Assembly (NCBI GenBank): GCA_000004985.1
Contig: GG738912.1
DNA: 64,000 nucleotides
Source of the DNA: Naegleria gruberi
Taxonomy: Eukaryota
Direction: 5' to 3' (one strand)
This document shows, in pieces, positions 12,736 through 22,100 of the stretch. Made by a program: the position numbers and the translations under genes. The notes beneath the pieces are model-generated. The model searched no databases, was not told the origin of the DNA, and saw nothing but the letters and a program-made list of their open reading frames with translations. Every line of letters begins with the position of its first letter. Position 1 is the stretch's first letter.

Positions 12736-12943
12736 ATGTAATTTTACTCAATTACCACCACCAATTAATTCATATAAATCTACAAGTAGTATCCAATTGC
12801 AATAATAAAGAATGACTGAATTGCAATCTCTACTTGAATACTGTGATGTGTAAATATCAAGTAGAGATGGAAGCGGACATTTTATTGTGAAGGCGCACGT
12901 ATAGTTGGAGATTTTCAAACAATTTCCCACGTTATGAAAAAAA

Positions 12944-14611
12944 ATGGTTGAGGATTCAACAGAGATGGTATTAAACAATTCCTCATCAGAATCATCGGAG
13001 GGAAAACATTCTATTGCATGTGCTCGTTGTAGAAAATTGCACAAAAAGGTATGTGATGCTTCTTTGCTATCAGTTGATAATAATTGTAAACTGTATTTTA
13101 GTGTGACAAAAAGTTGACTGGTTGTTCGAAATGTGCAAATGCAGGTGTTGATTGTGTGGTAGGTTCCAAATAATACTAATTTCAATTCTAATAGAGTTTA
13201 GTATAAAACTCCTCAAAAAAGAGGAAAGGCCTCAGAGCACTATTCTCTACATCCAGCTAAAAGGAAGAAGAAACTTTCAAAATCTTCATCTATTACTGAT
13301 CAACAAGATAAAGTGCTAACTCCCAATACAATGATTGATGTGTATTTCACATGTGTATGTGGAATTCATCCAATGATTGAAAAGGAAAAATTGAAATATT
13401 TTGTAAATACTTGTCTTTATCAATTTGAAAACAAATCAGCAGGAGAGGAATTAATACTGGAAGATAATATTTGGATCAAATCAATTGGAGAAATGAAATG
13501 TTTATATGCTTTATATTTAGCATTGATGAGCGTATCATCTCAAATTGTTGCAGATTTGGAAACAGTTGACAAATACTTGAAGAAGGCAGAGATAGAGATT
13601 GCAACTATTTCTGTTGAACATTCTACAGAGTTTTACTGGGCTGTTGCATGTCATTACTTATTTATTGGATTTGTTGGTGAAGGAGATCAGTACAAATTGG
13701 GATATTACCTTGCTAAAGTGAACTATTTCATTGAAAGTCAATCAGAAACTTGTACGAATCCATTTTTAAAAATTTTGTGTGCAAATTCTAATTTAATTTC
13801 ATCACGATACAAGACTGAAATATTTACTTTACAGACATTGTTGGAGGGAACGAGGAATATGTTTCATTTCTTTACTAATCGTAAAGTGGAGGATGTGCTT
13901 CTTCCAGGAACATGGGATTACATGATGAATACGAAACTATCTCAACAAAACTATTTACTTTTCAAGCAGGTGTTAGATTTCATTTTCAAAGTGTTTAATC
14001 ATTGCAAACACGATATCACCAAAAGTGTGAAAGATTGTCATGGTGAGGATTTTTTCAAAATTCAGAGATTGTTTGCATGTTTACTTTCAGAAGGTTTCGC
14101 ATTCATGTTTATGAAGCAAATTCCTGAGATTAGTTTCAATGTAATGGAAGAAATTGCATTGAAAATTACTCTAATGACTGAACATGAATTGTTTCCTGTT
14201 CTATTTCTTGCAACAGTCGGATTTGCTATTGAGGCTGGAGAATTTCATCTCCAAATTTGTAAAGAAATTGAAATGGGGCTCAAACCAAGAACTGGTGCTG
14301 TGAAGGGAGTTTCAGGAAGGTTAATTACATTCGATTACTTTTCAATACTTGAAAAAGATTTGAGAGCTCTCAATTTATTGGCGGCTAGATATAGAAGAAT
14401 CACCAAATTCTATTCGAAACTCATGACTGAAATGAGTCAAATAATTGAGAGAAACAAGACAATAGATATGCTAGTTCATACAATTTCTTATTCTGAAATT
14501 CAAACTACAAGTAGTCAACCTCCTCAACAAGATGAAATCCTCAGAAAACAATTAGAGCAAGCAGATTTCGAATCATTTCTAACAGACTATCCGCTAGGTG
14601 ATGAATTGTGA
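12944..14611 (+). CDS. Zn(2)-Cys(6) transcription factor, paralog B (3 exons; apparent 1-nt frameshift in exon 3)
   Basis: Exons are 12944-13048, 13101-13157 and from 13201, with introns of 52 and 43 nt in the same positions as paralog A. Exon 3 starts in the frame that encodes YKTPQKRGKASEHYSLHPAK. An A5 run near 13258-13262 then shifts the frame, and downstream the homologous frame is KRKKKLSKSSSITDQQDKVLTPNTMIDVYF. This is either a pseudogene or a sequencing indel. Confidence 0.55.
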
Positions 14612-14725
14612 GTTAACATTTCACATACTACCCACAAAAGCTAGCTCTGGATTAAATATATTTTATTCAATTCAGGTTTTTGATGTTTCTATGAAAGTTT
14701 CGTCTAAGTGCCGAAACATCCAATA

Positions 14726-16381
14726 TTAATACAAGAATTCTGCAAACAATGGCAAGTGATCAGAGCCATGATCTTCATCAGGAATACTTGATTTTGGAAC
14801 GAATTCCAAACAAGGTCCACTATCTTTCACTTGCAAACTTGGAGAATGCCATATGTAATCAACTATTGAATTTCTACCAGTCGTTCCACAACAAGTCCAA
14901 AACTCCTGAACTGTATCATGACTCTTTTGCAGTGGAATACTTTCACAAGCTTCAATTAATTGTATTGGTTTCTCGTGTGGACTTGTATTGAAATCTCCAA
15001 ACCAAATAATACTTGTCTTTTGAGGATCAGCAATTTTTCCAATTTGATTCAAAATTTCATTCACTTGTTTTTCTCTTGGGCCAGTATCACGAGGTTGGAA
15101 TGTCAAATGACAATTTATAATACAGAAGAATCGACCTTTCACTCTATCCCTTGCAATAACGTATTGAAATACTTCAGGATACTCCTTCACTAAGGTCTTT
15201 TCTCCCTTATTGAATATTTCAAATTTGGTATTTCTAATAGCAAGTATCAAGCCGTCCTTCTTTGGATAATTCTTATACGAATGGTAAACTGAAAATCCTT
15301 CTTGTTCCAGAAAGAATTGAATTTGAGAAGCATGTTGATTATCAATTTCTTGTAGACCAATTATATCAAATCTTCTCTCCTTCAAGACGGAAAATATTTT
15401 ATACTTTCGTATTTCCCAATCCAGATATTTCTGATTGGTAATATTCGAATATCTACTCAAAGAAATGTAACATTGTGCCAAAATATTATAGGAACAGACC
15501 AGAATAGTTGGTGGAGGAAAGGACAGATTAGTTTGTGGTAGATTTTCTGATCTTGATCCAATGATGACCTGATTATTCTGGACTGGAGAAACATGAAAAT
15601 GTTGAAATTGCTTTCCAGAATTTTGAGGATTGTAAAAATTTTGAGGAGGATAATTTTGAATTGCTTGATTTGGATAATTTGCAATTGGTTGTAAAATTTT
15701 GGGATTTGCATATTGAATTGGAGGAGGTTGATTTTGTTGGTGGTGTTGTTGATGACTATTAGAAACTGAACTAGTTCCTTTCTGATTATTACCATAATGA
15801 GCTTGATAGGTAGTTTGATTTTTGGCAGGTTTTTGACTACTTGACTGATTAGTAGAATCAATCTGCTTCTTCTTCTTCTCATTCACCCCATGACATTCCT
15901 TCCACACAGGTTCATCACTTCCATGTATAAAACAATATCTATGCCATCTTTCCTTATTATAGCATTTTTCACCATATTTGCACGGATGATGAAACTTGAA
16001 TTTGTGTGAAAATTCCTTATTTTCATCCAGTAATGATTTACAATTTAGTCCATACTTGCACGGATGATAAAATTGAAAATTATGATTGGAATCATTGGTG
16101 AGTTTACAATTTTCCCAATTTGGACATCTCAAAGAAACTAATTGTTCATCATCAATCCCTTGAATTACATTCGAAACATCTGAAAAAAAGTGTTTGGCCT
16201 TTCGAATAATTTCTTTCGAAAAATTAGTTTCATGTTTAAAAGTTAAATTGTGTTTCTTATTGGTGAGGAGAGAACAATCCTTCCCGAATGGACAGGTATG
16301 GATGAAATAATGTGTATGATTGGAGTCAAATAGATTATAACAATTTTCATCGTATTGACAAACTGTAAGTTTTGATGACAT
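14726..16381 (-). CDS. PBZ-type (C2H2 PAR-binding) zinc fingers fused to an endonuclease/exonuclease/phosphatase (EEP) domain
   Basis: Starts at ATG 16381; the track's 16393 is a TTG. The N-terminal third has at least four repeats matching the PBZ pattern C-x-[FY]-G-x2-C-x6-8-H-x3-[FY]-x-H (CPFGKDCSLLTNKKHNLTFKHE; CKYGLNCKSLLDENKEFSHKFKFHH; CKYGEKCYNKERWHRYCFIH). A Gln/Asn/Pro-rich linker follows. The C-terminal EEP domain shows ILVCSYNILAQ, FDIIGLQEID, IWFGDFNTSP and EDHGSDHLPLFAEF, resembling CCR4, Angel or TDP2. Confidence 0.6.
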   Translation of the reverse strand: MSSKLTVCQYDENCYNLFDSNHTHYFIHTCPFGKDCSLLTNKKHNLTFKHETNFSKEIIRKAKHFFSDVSNVIQGIDDEQLVSLRCPNWENCKLTNDSNHNFQFYHPCKYGLNCKSLLDENKEFSHKFKFHHPCKYGEKCYNKERWHRYCFIHGSDEPVWKECHGVNEKKKKQIDSTNQSSSQKPAKNQTTYQAHYGNNQKGTSSVSNSHQQHHQQNQPPPIQYANPKILQPIANYPNQAIQNYPPQNFYNPQNSGKQFQHFHVSPVQNNQVIIGSRSENLPQTNLSFPPPTILVCSYNILAQCYISLSRYSNITNQKYLDWEIRKYKIFSVLKERRFDIIGLQEIDNQHASQIQFFLEQEGFSVYHSYKNYPKKDGLILAIRNTKFEIFNKGEKTLVKEYPEVFQYVIARDRVKGRFFCIINCHLTFQPRDTGPREKQVNEILNQIGKIADPQKTSIIWFGDFNTSPHEKPIQLIEACESIPLQKSHDTVQEFWTCCGTTGRNSIVDYIWHSPSLQVKDSGPCLEFVPKSSIPDEDHGSDHLPLFAEFLY

Positions 16382-16414
16382 TTTTTTTGACAAGTGAATT
16401 CTGACAGATAAAAA

Positions 16415-17302
16415 ATGGTAGCATCAAGCGAAGAAGAACACGATCAGGAAACATCAACAACAGCTGCATCACTTTCGATATCAAGTGTTGTTGGTGGAAT
16501 TAAAAATTTACTTGGTGAATTATTTGACAAGGCATCAACTGAAGAAATTGATCATGTAATTGCATTGACAGGATTTAATGCATTGAAAGCTTATACATGT
16601 TTATTGGAAAAGTATCCTCCACCTACTGTTCCGGTGTCAAATGTTGTGGAACAGCAGCCATCTGTCAGTAGTCAAAATATTCCCCTGACACAACAATATT
16701 TTCAACCATCACAATTACCAATTCAACATGTTCATCAAAATATTGATCCGATGATGATGAGCCAATTTATGATGCAAAATCAATTTATGCCTGTCGGATG
16801 TCAACAATTCAATCAAATTCCTCAATTTCAACAACAGCAACCTATGAATCAATCTACATGTATTTTGATGAATGATGGAATGGGAAGACAATATTATATG
16901 ATTTCTGATCCAAGTCAAATGTCAAGTAATAATTCAATGATGGTCAGCAGTGGAATTACAACTTCCAACCCAACTCCTCAACCATCTTCTACATCAATTA
17001 CAGCATCTACTTCAATTGCAACTCAAACATCTACTTCTAATACACCTGCCACATCAACGCAACCTGCCACCACTCATGTCACCATTGACAAGAAGAAGAA
17101 ATGTAAAGATTGGGACAAATGTACTCAAACTGGCGACCAAACACACGTTGAGAAATTCTTCCATCCATGCAGAAATGGATCTCATTGCAAGAATATTGAA
17201 AATGTCATTCATCAAAATAGATTTGTTCATCCTTGTAAAGATGGAAAGCAATGTAAGAAGAAGGATGATAATTTACACAATATTATGTTTACTCATAAAT
17301 AA
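16415..17302 (+). CDS. Q/S/T-rich protein with a possible UBA-like N-terminal helix bundle and C-terminal PBZ-like fingers
   Basis: 295-aa ORF from ATG 16415. The EEIDHVIALTGFNALKAYTCLLEKY segment is UBA-like, though this is weak. The C-terminus carries CKDWDKCTQTGDQTHVEKFFHPC, CRNGSHCKNIENVIHQNRFVHPC and CKDGKQCKKKDDNLHNIMFTH, which have PBZ-like spacing. Confidence 0.45.
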   Translation: MVASSEEEHDQETSTTAASLSISSVVGGIKNLLGELFDKASTEEIDHVIALTGFNALKAYTCLLEKYPPPTVPVSNVVEQQPSVSSQNIPLTQQYFQPSQLPIQHVHQNIDPMMMSQFMMQNQFMPVGCQQFNQIPQFQQQQPMNQSTCILMNDGMGRQYYMISDPSQMSSNNSMMVSSGITTSNPTPQPSSTSITASTSIATQTSTSNTPATSTQPATTHVTIDKKKKCKDWDKCTQTGDQTHVEKFFHPCRNGSHCKNIENVIHQNRFVHPCKDGKQCKKKDDNLHNIMFTHK

Positions 17303-17369
17303 AATCAATGCTTTTGCTTGTCAAATTGTGAATTCACTTGTCAAATCATCGTTTTACCTGTCAAAAAAA

Positions 17370-19100
17370 ATGTTACCTTATCGTCCGCCTATTGTTCAGC
17401 CAATTCAACAGTTAATTCCGGTGTATTCCTACATGCCATCAACTTCATCATCGCCTGCCACTCCAACCAATGATCAATCACATCAATCAACTGCCACAAA
17501 TCAAAATAATCAGCAAAGTATTTGCAAATTTGGTCCAAATTGTCCCAACTATGACCAATGTACCTCTCTTCATCCATGCCGTTACGGAGAAGATTGCAGA
17601 AGAATTTCAAGAGTTGTTAACAAGACTCAGAAATTACAAGACATTGTTCACTGTTCCAAATGTTTCCATATTTGTAAATGGGGTGAGAAGTGCAAATATT
17701 TGAATGATGAAGAACATGTAAATATGTTTCTTCACACGTGTACTAAATCAAATTGTAAAGATGAAGTTCACAAAGAGAGATTTAGACATAAATGCAAATA
17801 TGGAAAAAATTGTCGTTCCTTAGATGGAAAATATGAAAATTGGGAACATTATGTCAAGTTTATTCATCCTAGGACTAATGGAGTTATGAGACATGTAGAA
17901 AAACAAATGTATTATCTATTTTCTGAAATATCTAATGATGAAAGCAATTCAAAAACTGCTCAATCTGACATTCCTGGTTTGACACTTGTAAAGAAGAGTA
18001 CACTCAAACCACAAGTGAAAGATAGAAAACGATCTGCCAAATGTGAAATTTCCACAATCGATGGTAAATCCACAGAGTATTATTTCATTGGGTATGAGAA
18101 GGGTGCTGGAAATTCGTCAACTTCAAAAGTCGTTTGTTTTAAAGAGACTGGAAAGGGAGTTTTTGAAGGTCATATTAAGGTAGTTGCAGAATCTAGTTGT
18201 GTATTTGATGGAAATGCAAAGATTGAACAACCTTGGTATCATTCAAAAGTTAATGTTTATAGAAATACTGTCATTAGTCAAGTATTTGATGAAATTTTGA
18301 AACAAGGTTTGAATGGAGTGAGCCCAAATGCTACCTATATCGATGTTATGAAATACATGATAGAACAGCATGATATTCCAATATTTATTGTTGGAGGAGC
18401 TGTCAGAGATGTCATTCGAGAAGTGATTGTTGAAAAAAAGACCAATGCCTTACAAATTATGAATAATATTAAGGATATTGATATTGGATTTGGTTGTGAT
18501 CCACAGACATTTCATGGACGCCTCACTCGAAAATATAAATCAGGTGTTCCAATTCCTGGACCTCGTGGACTAGTTCAAGTAGGAAGCTCCAATGGTTCTG
18601 ATCTATTCCTGGAAGGTAAAGCCATTAATGGTTTAAATAATGATAATAAGAGTGTGAAAGCACAAATTGCTCAATGTTATGGAACTAATCTGAGAGGAGA
18701 AAACATTTGTAGAGATTTCACATGTAATTCTCTTTGGTATGATCCAATCAATAAGTGCATTATTGATACTATTGGAAATGGGCAAGGAATTAAGGACGTA
18801 ATTTCAAAAAATTTACGAATTCCTGTAAAACCAAGAGATTGGGAATTTTGGGTTTCTGGCAATCCAACAAAGTTGATGAGATTTTACAAATTCCTTTTGA
18901 AGGGATATTCTGCAGATGCCAAAACTAAATCATTCATAATTGAACAAGTTAAAAGTGGTAAATTTATTAGTGATATGGAAATTAGAACTCAATACACAAA
19001 AGGAATTGGAAAAGCCAACAAAGCAAGGTTGGAGAATTTGTTGAGAAGTGATTTTGGTGATCAGTTTTACAATAATTATTTCGCTAATCATATTAAATAA
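17370..19100 (+). CDS. PBZ-like zinc fingers fused to a class II nucleotidyltransferase (CCA-adding / poly(A)-polymerase head domain)
   Basis: The true ATG is at 17370. The track ORF from 16950 is an out-of-frame over-extension through the upstream gene. Three finger repeats are present (CKFGPNCPNYDQCTSLHPC; CKWGEKCKYLNDEEHVNMFLHTC; CKYGKNCRSLDGKYENWEHYVKFIHP). Nucleotidyltransferase motifs follow: GGAVRD, DIDIGF (the DxD motif) and CRDFTCNSLWYDP (the RRD/ERDFTINAL motif of CCA-adding enzymes). Confidence 0.6.
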   Translation: MLPYRPPIVQPIQQLIPVYSYMPSTSSSPATPTNDQSHQSTATNQNNQQSICKFGPNCPNYDQCTSLHPCRYGEDCRRISRVVNKTQKLQDIVHCSKCFHICKWGEKCKYLNDEEHVNMFLHTCTKSNCKDEVHKERFRHKCKYGKNCRSLDGKYENWEHYVKFIHPRTNGVMRHVEKQMYYLFSEISNDESNSKTAQSDIPGLTLVKKSTLKPQVKDRKRSAKCEISTIDGKSTEYYFIGYEKGAGNSSTSKVVCFKETGKGVFEGHIKVVAESSCVFDGNAKIEQPWYHSKVNVYRNTVISQVFDEILKQGLNGVSPNATYIDVMKYMIEQHDIPIFIVGGAVRDVIREVIVEKKTNALQIMNNIKDIDIGFGCDPQTFHGRLTRKYKSGVPIPGPRGLVQVGSSNGSDLFLEGKAINGLNNDNKSVKAQIAQCYGTNLRGENICRDFTCNSLWYDPINKCIIDTIGNGQGIKDVISKNLRIPVKPRDWEFWVSGNPTKLMRFYKFLLKGYSADAKTKSFIIEQVKSGKFISDMEIRTQYTKGIGKANKARLENLLRSDFGDQFYNNYFANHIK

Positions 19101-19142
19101 CTAATGTAAATCAAAATTCAACACTTTTTAGGTCATTAACTT

Positions 19143-22100
19143 TTAATTTTTTCTATTCCTTTTTGGTTTAGAAACAAATGTTGGGACTCTTGTGAGTGAT
19201 TGTTTTTCATATTCAAACTCTATCGCGGAAAAATGGTTATATTGTTCACCAAAGTATCCTCTAGCTTCTTGGTTTCCATTTTTAGCAGCTTTCAACAACC
19301 AGAGTGTTCCTTGTGTTACATCTGTTTCACATAATAACTTTCCCAACGCCAACTCTGCATCTGAATTTTGTTGTTGAGCAGCTTTGAGCAACCATGAATG
19401 TGCAAGCTTAATGTTTTTCGGGACAACCTTATCAAGTCCATACATATAAATCATTCCAAGAGAATATTGTGCATTTGAATTTCCTTGATTAGCAGATTTG
19501 CAATACCACTCAAAAGCAAGTGAATAATTGGGTGTTTGGATGATATTAAGTGTATGATGATAAATGCAAGCTACTTCATATTGGGCTTCATTATTTCCAA
19601 GTTCAGCAGCTTTTTGATAGTAATCCCATGCTTTTTGATTATCCTTTAATTCTTTATAGAGATATCCTAAACGAAAGAGTGCTTCTGAATTCTTCACATC
19701 AGATTCTACTGCTTTTAGATACCATATAATGGCCTCATGTTTATCCAATAAAACACCATCACCCAGCTCATACATTTCTCCAATATCATATTGTGAATCA
19801 GAATCATTGAATTTTGTAGATGCTTCCAAATACAATTCGTGTGCTTCTTGATAATTACCCTTATTAAAAAACATTCTAGCCACATTTCTAAGAGCTTCAA
19901 TATGCGTACTTATTATTTCAGCTTCTCTAAAAATAAGTTTTCTATATTCTTCATCAATTTCCATTCTTTTTAAATTCATATTATTACCTAATATAATGTG
20001 TTCGCCAGAAACTAAGATATCTGTAGTAATAGTAGAAAGCTTTTGCTTGGATAAATCGAGTGCTTTTTGGTAAAGTTTAAATGCCAACAATTCATTACTT
20101 GATATTCCATTATCACCATCTTCAAGCATTGATGCAACATAATTAATGGCAGGAATATAGTTACTATCATATACTTTCTTAAATAGCTCAAAAGTTTCGG
20201 TATTGTTTGTTTTGGAATAATGAATAGCTTGTTGGAATAATTTCTCCCCTTTATCATTACTAACTTCCAAAATCATATCCAATTGACTTGCAGAATATAA
20301 AACTCCATATTCCACGCCTTCCATTTCTAAAGTATTAACGTTCATCTCATATTGGTTTCTTCTTTGAGCATCTTCTATAAAATAAGAAATCAATTTTCTT
20401 TTTTGAGAATCATTATTTAACACTAAAGAGTAGAGAGTGTAATTATTTTGCTCTGATTTCTCCATTTCTAAAATGTGAGAGGAGAAGTTTGGGATTAGAA
20501 TAAATCTGCTTTTGTCTTTGATTAAATGGCCCATTTTTAAACCAAATTGTGTGACAGATTTTAGAGAGGAATTTAGAGAAATAATATGCACCTCCTTGTC
20601 CTTAAGAAATAATACAAAAAATCTCCAAAAAAGGTCCATCATTTCCGAGACCATTTGAACTCGCTGTTTCTTTTTGTTAATCTGTTTGAAAATAGTTTGA
20701 AATAATTCCTTATAAATATCTTCCATCCTTTTTTGATAATCATTTGGTTTCGTGTTGTTTTTGAAAATATTTGCTATCTTGTACTTGATAAATGTGATTA
20801 AATGTTGTCTGTCATCTACACGTGCTATTTGAGAATTTGGGTCTTTAAACTCTAATTTTTGAGAAACTAACAATTGCATACTATCATATAATTTACCAAC
20901 TAGAGAAACACTGCGCCTCAATGGACCATGTTTGTTCTTGTGGTAGTGTGGAAAGCCAGGGAATTTTTCAAGTAGTTCTAAATCTTGTGCATTTACAGCA
21001 ACACTGTAGTTGCCTTTTTTGGGAGCGTCGATAGCCCTGTTGATGAGAGTACATAATCTTTCCATGTTATTCCAGTATTTTCGTGACCATTGATTTCCAT
21101 AAAAATCAGCAAACAAATGACGAATTCCAATCAAGTCTTTGAATATATCAGGATCGAATGATCGTGTCTCATTGTAGTCGTCATCAAAAGATCCTGGATC
21201 GAACTCTACTAATGATTCTACTAGTTCGTTATCCCAACATGCAAAATATTGATCTCCATCTAGATCAGATCCTGCAATCATATTTGTTATTGGTCTACTT
21301 CCTTTTGTAGGAAAAACAATAACATCGTAAAGAAAATTCAATTCAGGAATGTTGACTGCCTCTAATTTTCTCAGGTCACCACGATGTAAGCATGGCTCTT
21401 TAGTGACAATCACAGTATTCTCAATTACATTCTTCTTCTTTGGATCATTTAGAGAGGAAACTTGAATAAATATTTGACCTTCTTTGAGTACTCCGAAAGG
21501 ATCTGCTATTCCGTACAACCTTCTAGAACTGTAACAAGGAATTCTCAAGGAGAGTATTTGGTTTCTGTAGGGGCCTGTCAGGAAAGCAAGCTTTTTGCTT
21601 TTTAGAATGGAAAGAACGTTAAGAGAGGCATAGTCTCCTTGTTTTACGTACTGATCAAAAACCTTGTCAATGTCCGATTCTGAAATATAGTTTTTCATCA
21701 AATTTTCAATATGTTTACAGGCCTTTTGGTTTAGTATTTCGAATATCTTTCCTTGTTTTGTTTCATCTTCACACCCTTCTAAAATGTGCATAATTGTCGA
21801 ATTGATTCTAGCAAAATCACAGGGGCTTGAATAACCTACGATGCATAAATTATTAATTATATCATCATCAGTGTTTGGGTGTTCAATTTTCATCATTGAT
21901 TTCCTTAGCACTAAATGGTGACCATACACCTTTTCCGCATTTGGATGGATGTAAACCATGCCTTTGGCTCCTCTAAATCTTATTTGGTATGCACAGGGAA
22001 GATATTCATTGACTAGAAACTCTACTCCATCATTTTCTTCGTAGATACCATCTTCATCCATCGATTGTTTGCTCTGGTATTTCAATAAATTTTTAGATTT

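Noticed and set aside
16950-17369. 5' part of the track ORF 16950-19100 (MELQLPTQLLNHLLHQ…)
   Set aside because: It is an out-of-frame read through the Q/T/S-rich C-terminus and stop of gene 16415-17302. The real gene starts at ATG 17370, just before its first PBZ-like finger.
17300-17370. Possibility that genes 16415-17302 and 17370-19100 are one gene joined by an intron
   Set aside because: There is no GT…AG pair between the TAA at 17300 and the ATG at 17370 (the spacer has no AG), and the two ORFs are in different frames. I treat them as separate, very closely spaced genes.
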